A stretch of DNA of 63,527 bases, filler included, from Octopus bimaculoides (Eukaryota), in the NCBI RefSeq assembly GCF_001194135.2. It is 4 parts of 3 records of this genome, joined end to end, with 100 filler letters (N's around TTAATTAATTAA, not from the genome) between each part and the next. Parts side by side here need not be neighbours in the genome. Positions count along the whole stretch, not along the records: positions 44,561 to 56,195 come from NC_068985.1; positions 56,296 to 63,527 come from NC_068993.1; 2 more parts are not named here. One strand, 5' to 3'. Within the stretch, counting starts at the first letter, position 1. The number at the start of each line of letters is the position of its first letter. The translations under genes and the position numbers were made by a program. Of the stretch, positions 48,818 through 61,044 are shown piece after piece. Under the pieces are notes generated by a model. The model was given only the letters and a program-made list of their open reading frames with translations, searched no databases and was not told where the DNA came from.

Positions 48818-49944
48818 TTGATTATAAAACAGTCTTCGCCATTGCGAGCCAATGAGTAAGTCTCTAGTAGGTTGCTGGACCTGTTAGAGATTACATGAAA
48901 GTTTACCGTGTTAAATAAAAGAAAGACACAGGATAATACATTCCCTGGTATATAAAAGTATAGGTTTGTCACACGTTTGATTCTAGTTCTTTTAGATCAA
49001 ATGAAATATTGTCTCAACAGTAACAAGACAACTTTTGTGACTAAAGGAAAATATGCCAAAATGTCAAGCACGAACCTCTGTAACAAAATAAAGGAATATA
49101 AAGGCAAACATATAACGAGATAATCAGTGTTCACATTATCATTTGTATCTGGAGATGGTAATTGGAGGCGAAAAGGCATCAAAATACTATGTGACACATC
49201 CATATACAGCTGTGTTCTCGTAATTCAAAACGCTAATATGGAAGGAAAGTAATATGCTATAATATAATATATAATTTTATAATTGGTTTCTTTAAATAAT
49301 CAGTTTTATTTTATACTTTAATTTAAAGTATAATTGGAAGAGAAATATATAGTGTGTGATACAAGCAATAATATTTTATTGTGGTTATTTATATATGATA
49401 AAATACAATAAAGCTCAATAACTAATTAAAGAAACATAATTAAAAATCCACTTTAAATCTGATATTCAATTACACTGTAGTGCAAAAATGTGAAAAGAAA
49501 ACTGTTTAATCAAAAGGTGAAAGCGTGTTTTCCGAATATTTGTCAATAATGATGTTGATCTCTTCTCGTTATGTTTATCTATACAAACCACTGGTGCGGG
49601 TAAATAGATTCAATTTCCTGACTTTTCTCTGATCAGCGCTACACATTAACAGATAGTCAGCCCGACAAATATTTGGGCGATGAGAGAGAAAATTCAGTTA
49701 TATTTTATTGATCGCAGAATTCGATAATTGTTTATCTTATTACAGATGACTTCGACAAGATTTGATCTCAAAGTATAAAGGGTTGTAATTAAACACCACG
49801 AGGAATTTCATTCTATCTCTTCACATAAATTCATAATTTCATTAATTTTATTGCTAACAATTCTTGAAATAAATTCTGCTGAGGTGTTCACAGTTAAAAA
49901 CAGTTTAAACGCAATTTTAAAGGGTTAACAATGACAATTATGCG

Positions 49945-50158
49945 CCAGAACGTCAAACTAATACACCTGCTTGTTGTTTATACACCTGTCTTCGTCTTTT
50001 GTTTTACAGTAAATTTCACCTTGTCTCCGTATTCTTTCTGTTGAAGAGCGTAGCTCGAAACGTCAAAGACTTTCCGTATTCCCGAGCGTCATACTAATAT
50101 ATCCTTTTGTTATTTACACCACCTGTCCTCGTCTGTTGTTGTTTTTTCGTATATTCTC

Positions 50159-50162
<4 letters not shown>
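49945..50162 (+). mobile_element. Same repeat as about 1.5 tandem units (period about 137 bp), hammerhead-like motif at 50032-50068
   Basis: TCTTT CTGTTGA A GAGC GTA GCTC GAAAC GTC AAAGA; ends at (TA)n. Confidence 0.65.
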
Positions 50163-50202
<40 letters not shown>

Positions 50203-50250
50203 CCAGTGGCCAGCGTGAGTAAAAATGTCCGTAAACTGCAAATATTATAT

Positions 50251-50838
50251 TATATGTGTATATGAATTATATACTGAGGAAAAGCTACTAAGTGGTTTTC
50301 TATCACGCTAGAAATGGAAGTTAAATCCCAACCCACTTAGTGGTTAGGGCATTTGGCTCACGATCGTAAGGTCGTAAGTTCAATTCCCGGCAACGCGTTG
50401 TGTCCTTGAGCAAGACACTTTATTTCACGTTGCTCCATTCCACTCAGCTGGCAAAAAGGAATAGTAACTGTATTTCAAAGGGCCAACCTTTTTCCCGGTT
50501 TGGGATTTAACTGCCATTTCTTATTTCTTTATTGCCCACAAGGGGCTAAACATAAAGAGGACAAACAAGAACAGACAAAGGGATTAAGTCAATTACATCG
50601 ACCCCAGTGCATAACTGGTACTTAATTTATCAACCCCGAAAGGATGAAAGGCAAAGTTGACCTCGGCGGAATTTGAACTCAGAACGTAACGGCAGACGAA
50701 ATACCGCTAAGCATTTCGCCCGGCGTGCTAACGGTTCTGCCAGCTGGCCGCCTTAATGCCATTTAACTGCCATTTCTAGCGTGATAGAAAACCACTTGAT
50801 GACTTTCCCTCAGTGTATAACTCTTATACACACATATA
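50251..50838. repeat. Foldback structure with about 85-bp arms enclosing nested SINEs
   Basis: Left arm 50251-50333 is the reverse complement of 50497-50521 plus 50778-50838. Confidence 0.8.
50522..50760 (-). mobile_element. SINE family B (tail type 2) with 17-bp target-site duplication
   Basis: ATTTAACTGCCATTTCT at 50505-50521 and 50761-50777 flanks the copy. Confidence 0.88.
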
Positions 50839-50843
50839 ATATA

Positions 50844-50890
<47 letters not shown>

Positions 50891-53800
50891 GCAAATACTC
50901 TCCTCCCATTACAATAGCTATGATAACATAATCACTCTAAAGATCTTGATCAGGAATAATCCAAATGCAATTATTCCTAATCAGTAGACATGCTGCAGTC
51001 TGCAGTTGAACCAGTTCAGTCTAACGCTTTCTTACCTTAACGGAACAATATCTTGATAATTTATAGAAATATAATTACTGTCTTTAAAGTGAATTATTTT
51101 GCAAAAGTATCCTCAACGAAATATGCTAATTAATGGGTGAAGAAAAACTCATTCCAAATTGAGAAAAGTAATTACAAATATAATAGATTTGTTTTGTTTT
51201 TATACAGTTTAACATTTTTATTTTACTTGATTTAGATTTGCATAAAATCTATAAATTTACATTAATTCTCTCACAGCTAACTCCTATTCCACCTTCTACC
51301 CTCGGTTAATTATTGTGAGCGAAATTACATATCATAGAGCAGAGAGTAATCTTTACACTTACAGTGTGTACAAAGTTATGAATCTTGTGTAAAATGCCCT
51401 TCAGCAGACCTTCAAGAGTGATTGGCGAGAGAGCAGAGGGCTAATGAAGTTGAGAGGTTCTTTCAGACCTTGACAACTTCTCTGGTGTCGATACCACGAG
51501 AAAATGCATCCTATACAGTCTATGAAGTAATTGGTGATAAGAAGAGCATCCACCCGTAGAAACCGTTCTAAAGTGTAAAGTTTGAGCATTTGTCCAAGAT
51601 GGGAGTGGCTCCCACTAAAAAAAATATGCCTTGGACTGTGACGCCTTGGACTTATTTCAGGCTGGCCGTGATTGGACCCGTTCAACCGACGCTTGCCTGA
51701 AATACAGAGGTTAAAGGATAACAACAGCGACGACGACGACGGTGATGATGTTGACTATGATGATGATGATGAGGTAGAGGAGAGTAGTGAATAGAAGAGG
51801 AATGGAGATAGAGAGTAATATATGGTCTATTTAATAACAATTTTGTAAAAATTTTGGTAGGCACGTTCTCTCAGTTTAAAAATAATAACAGCCAGTTCAT
51901 GATTTACAAATTACTGAATTGTTATGATTGGAACGCCCTTCACCTAAGTTTGTTTTACTACGATTGATCTGGTACTACACAACGCTAAATTTTACTTGAG
52001 CTGACGAGGGAAGCCCTATGTGCTAGGACGCGATCAGCAAGGTAAAGCATTGAAATTTTTCTCAACTTATCGTCTCGATTTATTCTTCACATGTTCCGAC
52101 AGATTTGAACGTTTGAACGGCAATATGCTTATCGCAATTGCATTACTGCATTCGCAGAACAAATTCACTAACCAAATCTCACTGAAAATGATATGGGCAG
52201 GAACTGCCTTCTCTCATAAACTTATCCTATTTAACTAAATAAAAATGCTCAAGCGGCAACATAATTTTTTTTTACTGTCCTCCATGCAAGTTAACTAGGG
52301 ATCATCTACGCTTTCACCCTCCCTGCTTGATAAAGCAGCAAAATCTCTTTCAAATCACACCTTACTGTTCTGAAAAAATGAAATGACACGTTGGATAATA
52401 TGAGAAAATATAATGGCTTGGACAAAACACCATTGATAATATGTATGTTTGTTTGTAGCTGCTCTGGAGTAACAACTTTCCACAGTTTAACGAAAAAAGA
52501 TGAGTGAAAATATGTGAAAAGCGTTTAGTTCCTTCTATCAAGATCAAATGAACATTATTAAATCTATTATAAATAAATTGTTGTTGACACAGAATGCTGT
52601 CACTTCTCTTGGTGTCAGAAATTTATCCTGTCTTTAATTTCAGCTTGATTTTATTTATAAATTTTTGCTGAGATAAAAACATTATTATACACTTGGAAAA
52701 ATTCAGAACTGATAAAATCTATACACACAATAACTGGTTGTTGCTAGTCTATATTTCACCCCCACCTTTCTGTTTCCAAAACATTTAACGTTTATTTCCC
52801 CTAAAATTGAAATAAAAAGCATTTCTTAAGACAGTCTTAATTTCTATGTGTATATATTGTGCTATATACTGCTGTTTAGTCTCTTGAAAGTTTGATCAAG
52901 CAGATGTATAAACAAAGTATTCAAGCCTTAATATGACTATTCCATCTTATTGGAACATGTACTAAAGAATATTACATTACCCTAAGTGTCCTTCTTTTTG
53001 GAGATAGTGTGGTGTGGTTTAAACGGAATTTAGCTGTTATATCTTGTAAAACTGGCAAATGCCTTTGAGGTGCTTGCTTCCTTTTCAAACACGCGCATCT
53101 CCTTCGTATAAAAAATTAGTTTTATTTTGATTCATGCATTATCATTGCCTTCATCTGTAGAAGACTTGTTATAATCAATTTAGCGTTATTGGAAAAGGCT
53201 CTCTTTGCACTCCGGGTAGTTTCCTGTTCATAATTACTTGTGCTTGTCTGCTTACACATTTTGACGGTAATGTTAACTTCAAGTATACATATAACACTAA
53301 TATATATACAAACAGTTCACAGATTTGTGTGTGTGTGTGTGTATAAATTCATACATAAAGAAATACAACAGTAAAACATTTGAAGTCAATTCTTCTGAAC
53401 TCAACTTCAAATCTGGCAGCCATTGAAAGCTTCCTTTCCTAGGCAACTGATAACATGTCTGCTTATATCATGCATTTGCAATTATCCCAAAAGCATGATA
53501 CTTTTTGCTCCAGGTCAACATTGCTCGAGAATACTGATGATTGAAAGCGTTTCACTTGTGATAATACTGCCCTTCTCTATTTAAAATGGTTCGGTGTGAT
53601 CTGAGTACAACATCGATACTACTCCTTGCAGGCTAAGCGTCTCTGCACAAACTTTTCTCGTTGGCTCGATTTGTACTTATAATGGCGATAGGCGAAGTAT
53701 TGACCTTTCATATTCTTAATGTTATGAATGTATACAATTAACAATACAATTATTGTTTCACAGAAAAATTAATCTATCGATATTGCATTAAGAACAATAG

Positions 53801-54298
53801 AAATCTTTGATCGAATGCAGTTTACTAACACTTAAATCATCACGACAAATTACCTGATCCATATAAATATTGAAGATCAAACATCATAGTGATGAATTCT
53901 ACAATGGCTGAGAAAGCAGATGGTAAATAACAGAACGATACTATATTATAATCAAAGTTAGTATAATAGCATAGGAAAAAGGGCGATGAGCATCCAGAAT
54001 CGTTAGCATGCCGGGCGAGATGCTTAGCAACATTTTGTCCGTCCTTACGTTTTGTGTTCGAATTCCACTGAGTTCGACTTTGTCTTTCATCCTTTCGGGG
54101 TCGATAAAATAAGTACAAGTTGAACCCTGGGGTCGATGTAATCAACTTACCCGCCCCCGAAATTGCTAGCTTTGTGCCAAAATGCGAAACTAATATAATA
54201 GTATAGGAAGCAATCCAATAACAAAGCTATATAACAGCTCCAAATGATTTGCAATGAGTTAAAGACTACACAATAGTACTTTTATGAATAAAACATGT

Positions 54299-54834
54299 AT
54301 GACTCATGCTCACGGTGACACGCAATGGAATCGAACCAGGATCGATGTGTATGAGAAGGAAAATAAGCCACACAGTCACACTTGCGGCCATTTGCTTTTT
54401 CTTCAGAACTTTTCACCTAGCATAAATTAAATTGAAACAATCGAAATCGTGAATCTCGATGCATTTAACGTTTGATTTTCGCTTAGCTGTATTTTTGTTG
54501 TTGTTGGTTCAAGAATTTGACAGTGGCTTAATATATCTTATGGATTTATTCAGACTGCAATAACACGATAAAGTAGGTCTACCTTATAACACAATGATCT
54601 GTAGAACAAATAATCAATGGCAGTTATTAAGCAAACAAGTGATAAACATTCACTTTCATCTGATCGTGGTTATTTTTCTCATTAAAGATTCGCACTCATT
54701 CCCCAACAGCTAGGTGAAAAGTTCTGAAGAAAAAGCAAATGGCCGCAAGTGTTACTGTGTAGCTTATTATTTTGCTTTTCATACACGTCGATACTTGTTC
54801 GATCCCATTGCGTTTGACCGTGAGCATGAGTCAT
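54299..54834. repeat. Long inverted repeat (arms 54299-54421 and 54709-54834)
   Basis: Perfect 44-bp inner and 18-bp outer complementary blocks; 287-bp spacer. Confidence 0.9.
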
Positions 54835-54913
54835 CTGTCAGGGTGTTTGGTTAACCAATAACACGTGAACTTTTGGGTGGAACTTTGGGAACGAGAAGTG
54901 AGTGAAATCCGTC

Positions 54914-54962
<49 letters not shown>

Positions 54963-55064
54963 CATCCATCCATCCATCCGTCTGTCTGTCTGTCTGTCTG
55001 CCTGCCTGCCTGTCTGTCTATCTATCCTTACCTTCTCTCTCGCGCACAAACACACACATACACA

Positions 55065-55099
<35 letters not shown>

Positions 55100-55236
55100 N
55101 NNNNNNNNNNNNNNNNNNNNNNNNNNNNNNNNNNNNNNNNNNNNNNNNNNNNNNNNNNNNNNNNNNNNNNNNNNNNNNNNNNNNNTATAGAGAGAGAGAG
55201 AGAGAGAGATAGATAGATAGATAGATAGATAGATAT

Positions 55237-55275
<39 letters not shown>

Positions 55276-56295
55276 TTCGTATTTGTGTTTGTCACCCGCG
55301 ATCACTTGACAACCGGCATTAGTTTGTTTACATCCCCGTAACATAGCAGTTCGGCAAAGATATAATAAGTACTAGACTTAAAAATAAGTACTGGAGTTGA
55401 TTTGTTCCACTAAACCCCTCAAAGAGTATGGCCGCAGTCCAATGACTAAAACTATGTTAAACGATAAAAGGTAGTCATAGTAACGTGATAGTAATAATAA
55501 TGGATGTAATGAATTTGATCATTGGTCTGTTCGATCACAGCTGGATTATAGCAATAACTCTTTGGCCATTAACTAACAGTGTTATATTTTATTCACTCGA
55601 ACATTGCACTCTTTCAGTTGAGGATACTGGTTTCTGGTGTAAGTTAAGGCAAAGAATGATCAAACAGTAGTTTAGAACTTGAGAATATTTCACTTAATGA
55701 TCGAAAGAAAAAGATATTTTGTCGACACGAATGGAAGATTCTCTTATGCTTGTAGAGATGAACATTTGCTTGGCTTGATTCAACAATAAATAAGGCATGT
55801 GAAATTAGCCGAGAGGGTGTAGAATAAAACTATGTGTAGCGATGTATAGCAGATATTTTGAGAATAGAAGTTAGCTTCTTAGTAAGCAATCAAAGGAATG
55901 TGTGAATTGACAATGAAAATGCTAATGCCGGACCGTTTAAGTATAGGGTACAAAAGTTATTAATAAAATGTTGTGAGCCAGTTTTCATATACAATACTGC
56001 TTTATTTAATCAATAAGGCAAAACAAGAAAAAGTACTTTTCGCAGCAACAACAATAAGAGCTCGCAAAATGCAATTTCAAGGAACAATTGTAGCAATTAC
56101 CGCTGGAGCTAGAACTATATAATTTTGTAAAATAACAACAGAAGCGGAAATAGGCAGGAGAGTTTCTGAATTTCATGTATTTCTATGTATATATANNNNN
56201 NNNNNNNNNNNNNNNNNNNNNNNNNNNNNNNNNNNNNNNTTAATTAATTAANNNNNNNNNNNNNNNNNNNNNNNNNNNNNNNNNNNNNNNNNNNN

Positions 56296-56582
56296 TTTGC
56301 TGTTTTACCCTAACCCTAACCCTAACCCTATCACCGATAGAATTGTTTCAGAATCGTTTGTTTATGTAGTCGGCACTTAATGTATATCGGCTGAATGGAC
56401 GTCAGTGATTGGTTGAAATTACAGAAATACGACAACTTTAACATGGAATAACTTAGGGATTTCTTTTTTTTTTAAGAAGACTAAGAGAAAAAGATGTTTT
56501 ATATGACACATTCTACCAGTGTTCCAAGTTTCAAAGTGTTTCGTTAATGAAAAATGTGGCCCCCGTTTTAAAAAAGATCCGA
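56296..56582. repeat. Unclassified repeat-like segment with interstitial (CCCTAA)3+ at 56308-56330
   Basis: CCCTAACCCTAACCCTAACCCTA next to a gap. Confidence 0.5.
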
Positions 56583-57362
56583 ACACCCTAACGTCAATGA
56601 ATGACGAAGGACATATTAGATTATAGTAAAACTAGATTACTCTAAGACTGTGGGGCCTTCAGCATTAGAATACTCTTTTTGATCATAGGTCTGCCTGATC
56701 AGCCGCATCCTCTTCGGTTTTCTATTTCTTAATGATATACGAAAGGTTACACGGGTTGGCAACAGACGGGTAAACAGGTTACATACACAACAGCTTGACT
56801 TGTTACTATGGAAACAGGCACCAATATGTCGATGGTTTTTCGATTGGCTACAATTACCCCAAATTTGCAACTTTTAAAAGCTATTAACTTTATAGTTATT
56901 AATCTAAGGCAAACAGAAACTTCATTTCCATAATTAGCACACAATACTACATCAATACGCCAAAGTTGAAATCAATTGGAGCAAAACTGAAGGAATTGAA
57001 AAGTGAAATCCAAACAGACTAGATCCTGAAATTCTTACATGTATACATGAATCAGCATTTAAAACCAGATGCCCAGCGACTTTATATGAAATGTTAATTA
57101 GTAGATTAATATACATAACAACATATATAATCTAATTAGAAAACAGTGTTATCTAATTACAAAAGGACTGGAAATATGTTTCAAAGGAGCAAGAAGAAAC
57201 ACTGCTGTATGTAGAATATAACCATGAAACGAGCATGAAATTCTACTCCGTTTCCAAGGCGACAAAAGATTTCAAAGGTTAAGAAGTACCACAGTATATG
57301 ACCACTGAAGTTCCGTAGGAATAAATTAAATAGCAATGTAATATGTTCATAGAATTGGGGTC

Positions 57363-57578
57363 GAGCTGGCAGAGACGTTAGCACGCCGGGCGAAATGTTG
57401 AGCGGTATTTCATCTACCGCTACGTTCTGAGTTCAAGTTCCGCCGAGGTCGACTTAGCCTTTCATCCTTTCGGGGGTCGATTAAATAAGTACCAATTACG
57501 CACTGGTGTCGATGTAATCGACTTAATCCCTTTTCTTGTCCCCTCTGTGTTTAGCCCCTTGTAGGCAATAAAGAAATA
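57363..57578 (+). mobile_element. SINE family B (tail type 2) with 12-bp target-site duplication
   Basis: AGAATTGGGGTC at 57351-57362 and 57579-57590. Confidence 0.88.
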
Positions 57579-57641
57579 AGAATTGGGGTCCAGCCTATGG
57601 ATCTAACTTACATTTTATGTTAAAACAATAAAGCATTAAAT

Positions 57642-57770
57642 CAGTGGTTCTCAACCGGTGCCCACATGGGTCCATGTAATATTTTGGGGGATCCACGCAA
57701 CAAAATAATAAGTGGGGATCCACAATTGTATTTTAAGGACCCCTGAAAATTTTTTACTTCAGATGTATGC
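57642..57770 (+). mobile_element. hAT/Charlie-like non-autonomous element end
   Basis: Begins CAGTGGTTCTCAACC, a Charlie-type terminus; no matching 3' end found. Confidence 0.5.
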
Positions 57771-59404
57771 AATTCCTTGAGTAAGCATCTTCAACTTCAG
57801 AGCTTACCAAAGCCTTCCGAGTGAATTTAGTACACGGAAACGATGTTGAAGCCCGGAATACAAATGTGTGTAGGTGGGTGTGTGGGCGTGTGGGCGTGTG
57901 TGTACGCGTACGTCTTTATATCCGTGTTTGTACTCCGCTACTGCTTCACAACCGGTTTTGGTTTGTTCACGTCTCCGTAACATAGCGGTCAGTCAAAGAA
58001 AACCGATAGAATATGTTCTGAAAGCTGATATGTTCTACTAAGCCCTTCAGGGCGGTGCCCAATCATAGCCATAGACCAATGACTGAAAGAAGTAAAAGAT
58101 CAAAAATGGAATATTATTTCCAAATATATTTTATGATTTTTTTTTTTTATAGAATTCTTAAAAATCTAGTTTCCGACAGTTTTCCTTACAATCTACCAAC
58201 AATCTTAATAAAATATGGATTCCACTGATCTGACTTCTAGCTTAGAATGCATAAGAATGCTATTATTGACGGTAACGGCCTAATACCCTGTGGGTTAATG
58301 AGACGATTTTAACCATAAAATATAGAAAGAATAATAAACGACAGACATGTCTCATAAAAAACCAAAAAACGTATTAAATAATTTTTCCGAGTATATTTTA
58401 TGTTCTTGGACGGACAAAATGCCTAGCGTCTCTTTACGTTCGAATTTCAAATTCCGCCGATGCCTACTTTACCTTTCATGCTTGGTGAAGTATAAATCCC
58501 GCCTGCTTAACTTCTGGTTCAGAGGTTGATAAAATAAGTAGCAGTTGAATACTGGGACCAATGTAGTCGACTTAACCCCTCTCCCATGGCCTTCTACCAA
58601 AATTTGAAGCCAATATTAATAAAAGACGGTGAGCTTACAGAATCGTTAGCGGTATTTCGCCCGTCTTAACGTCCTGAGTTTAAATGCCGACGAATTCGAC
58701 TTTGCCTTTTATTCTTACGGGGTCGATAAAATAAGTACCAGCTGAGTGTTGGGTACGATGTAATCGACTAGTCCTTCCCCACAAAATGTCAAGCTTTGTG
58801 CCTATAGTAGAAAGGATATTTTATACTCTTGGTCGGACGGAATGCTTAGCATCTCTTTACATTCTGATTTCAAATTCCGCCGACGTCTACTTTGTCTTTT
58901 ATTCTGTCAGGGTCGATAAAATAAGTACCAGTTGAGTACTGAGGTCGATATAATCGATTATCACCCTCCTCTAAAATTTCAGGCCGCATACCTGTAGTAG
59001 AAATGTTTTGTTTTTTTTTTTGTCTCTTTTTTTTTATGGAATCTTTAAAAATCCGGTACCCAACTGCTTCTCTTAATTTTACCAAAAATCTTGGCAAATT
59101 ATGGACTCCGTGGTATGATTGATGACGATGATCTTATGATCCTATCGGTTAATGCGACTTATATGCTCACATTAAGACAGAAAGAATAATAGACGGGAGA
59201 GACATATCATCAAAAAGATTCTAAATAATTTTTCCTCGAGTAGGAAAAAGGTGAAGGCGTGGCTGTGTGGCAAGATGTTTGCTTCCCAAATACATGGTTC
59301 CGGGTTCAGCCCCACTGCGTGACGCCTTAGGCAAGTATTTTCTACTATAGCCTCAATGTTATTTTTGCGATGTGTGGTCTGGCGTTGAATTGCAATAAAA
59401 TAGG

Positions 59405-60238
59405 AGTGGGTCTCTTTACTAATCTAGGCTGTGATTGATGAGCCAGGTTTAATGAAATCACAAAGGATCACACCTGTCAACCAAACACACATCATCAGCT
59501 TCTTTTGTTGAATTTTGCTTTTTGGACTGTGGCTCGTCTTTGTCCAACCATTCTGCTGAATGTTTACGGTTGTTGTATCGGATCCATTTCTCATCACATG
59601 TTACAATTTGATTAAAAAATGATTCATTTTTGTGATGAGAAAGTAGCATAATGAAGGCTTCCAAACGTTGTTGTTTCTGATTTTCATTGAATTCATGTGG
59701 AACCTACTTATCCAACTTTTTCACTTTACCGATTTGAACTATGTGAGTCAGTATTGTTTGCTTGTCAACACCAAACAACAACGATCATTCATGAGCACAT
59801 TGAAATGGTTATGACTCGACGGTGGCTTTCAGTTCGTCATTATCCACCTTTGTTTATGGTCGACCGCGTTGCTCATTTCTGAGGTGAAAGTTACCAGAAC
59901 GACTTTTTGCAAACCAATTTGATACTTTCTGTTGTGTAATAACATTAGAATGAAATACTCCATTAATATTCCGATCTGTCTGTGATGCTCTATTTCCAAA
60001 AAAGAACTCATATTTCAAAACTGTACGAATTTCCGACTTATCCATCTCTAAACAAAAATAGCAAAAATAAAAACGGTTTATAAATACTTTATAAAGTGCA
60101 AAATGAGTTAGAATAAAGAAATAGATGTGTCGGCTTCTAACAAAAAATAAAGACTGTCAAAATATAATAATGGCGCAAAATGAGCAGCTGTCAAAGTTTC
60201 CCATATACCTTACTATAAATTTCATACTTGACCTAATA
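59405..60238 (-). mobile_element. mariner element, 5' half (terminus, HTH and first catalytic Asp region)
   Basis: Terminus TATTAGGTCAAGTATGAAA; MDKSEIRTVLKYEF..WFAKSRSGNFHL.NEQRGRP; FFNQIVTCDEKWIRYNNRK; truncated after KLMMCVW..IKPGSSITA. Confidence 0.9.
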
Positions 60239-61044
60239 TATACATGTGTGTCTGTATCTGTTTAAACCTCCACCTGACAACTGGTGTTGGTGTGGTTACG
60301 TCCCCGTAACTTAGTGGTTCGGCAAGGCAAAAGAGACCAGGATTTTTAAAAAATAAGTATTGGAATCAATTCATTCGACTTAAAAATTCCTCGAGGCAGT
60401 GCTCCAGCATGGCTGCAGTCTAATGACTGAAACAAGGGAAAATATAAAAGAGTAAATTTTATGTTTTTCATAAAATCCTTAAAATCTGGATTCCAACAGT
60501 TCCTCTTAAATCTAACCAGAATCTTCATGAAGGATGAACTCCGCTTGCCTCACTTCTAATTCAAAGTACACGAGGATGATATGATGGTGACAGCTTAATG
60601 ATTCTAAGGATTAACAAATAAATATGTTTTAACATAAAACAGAAAGAGAAAAGATGAGAGAATATCATAGAAAGATATTAAATACATTTTTCCTAGTATA
60701 TGTTTTAATGGTTTCTTTAACAATTTGGTTACCAACTGCTTCTCTTAAACCCTTCGATTAGAACCGATATATTAACCTCATTAAATTAAAGAATGGTGAC
60801 TTCAAACTGTTTTATTTCTCTCTGTCTAAACAAGATGTTACGGCAGTTTATTCCACTCATAATAAAACGTTGTGCTTTATAAATTATTATTTATTATTAT
60901 TATGAGGCGGCAAAAGGTGGCGAGCTGGCAGAATCGATAGCACACCGGGTAAAATGCTTACCGGCCGTCTTTATGTTCTGAGTTCAAATCCTGCCGAAGT
61001 CGACTTTGCTTCTCATCCTTGTTAGATCGATAAAATAAGTACCA

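Noticed and set aside
52001-52050. CTGACGAG followed by a short hairpin
   Set aside because: No GAAA core segment or helix III downstream.
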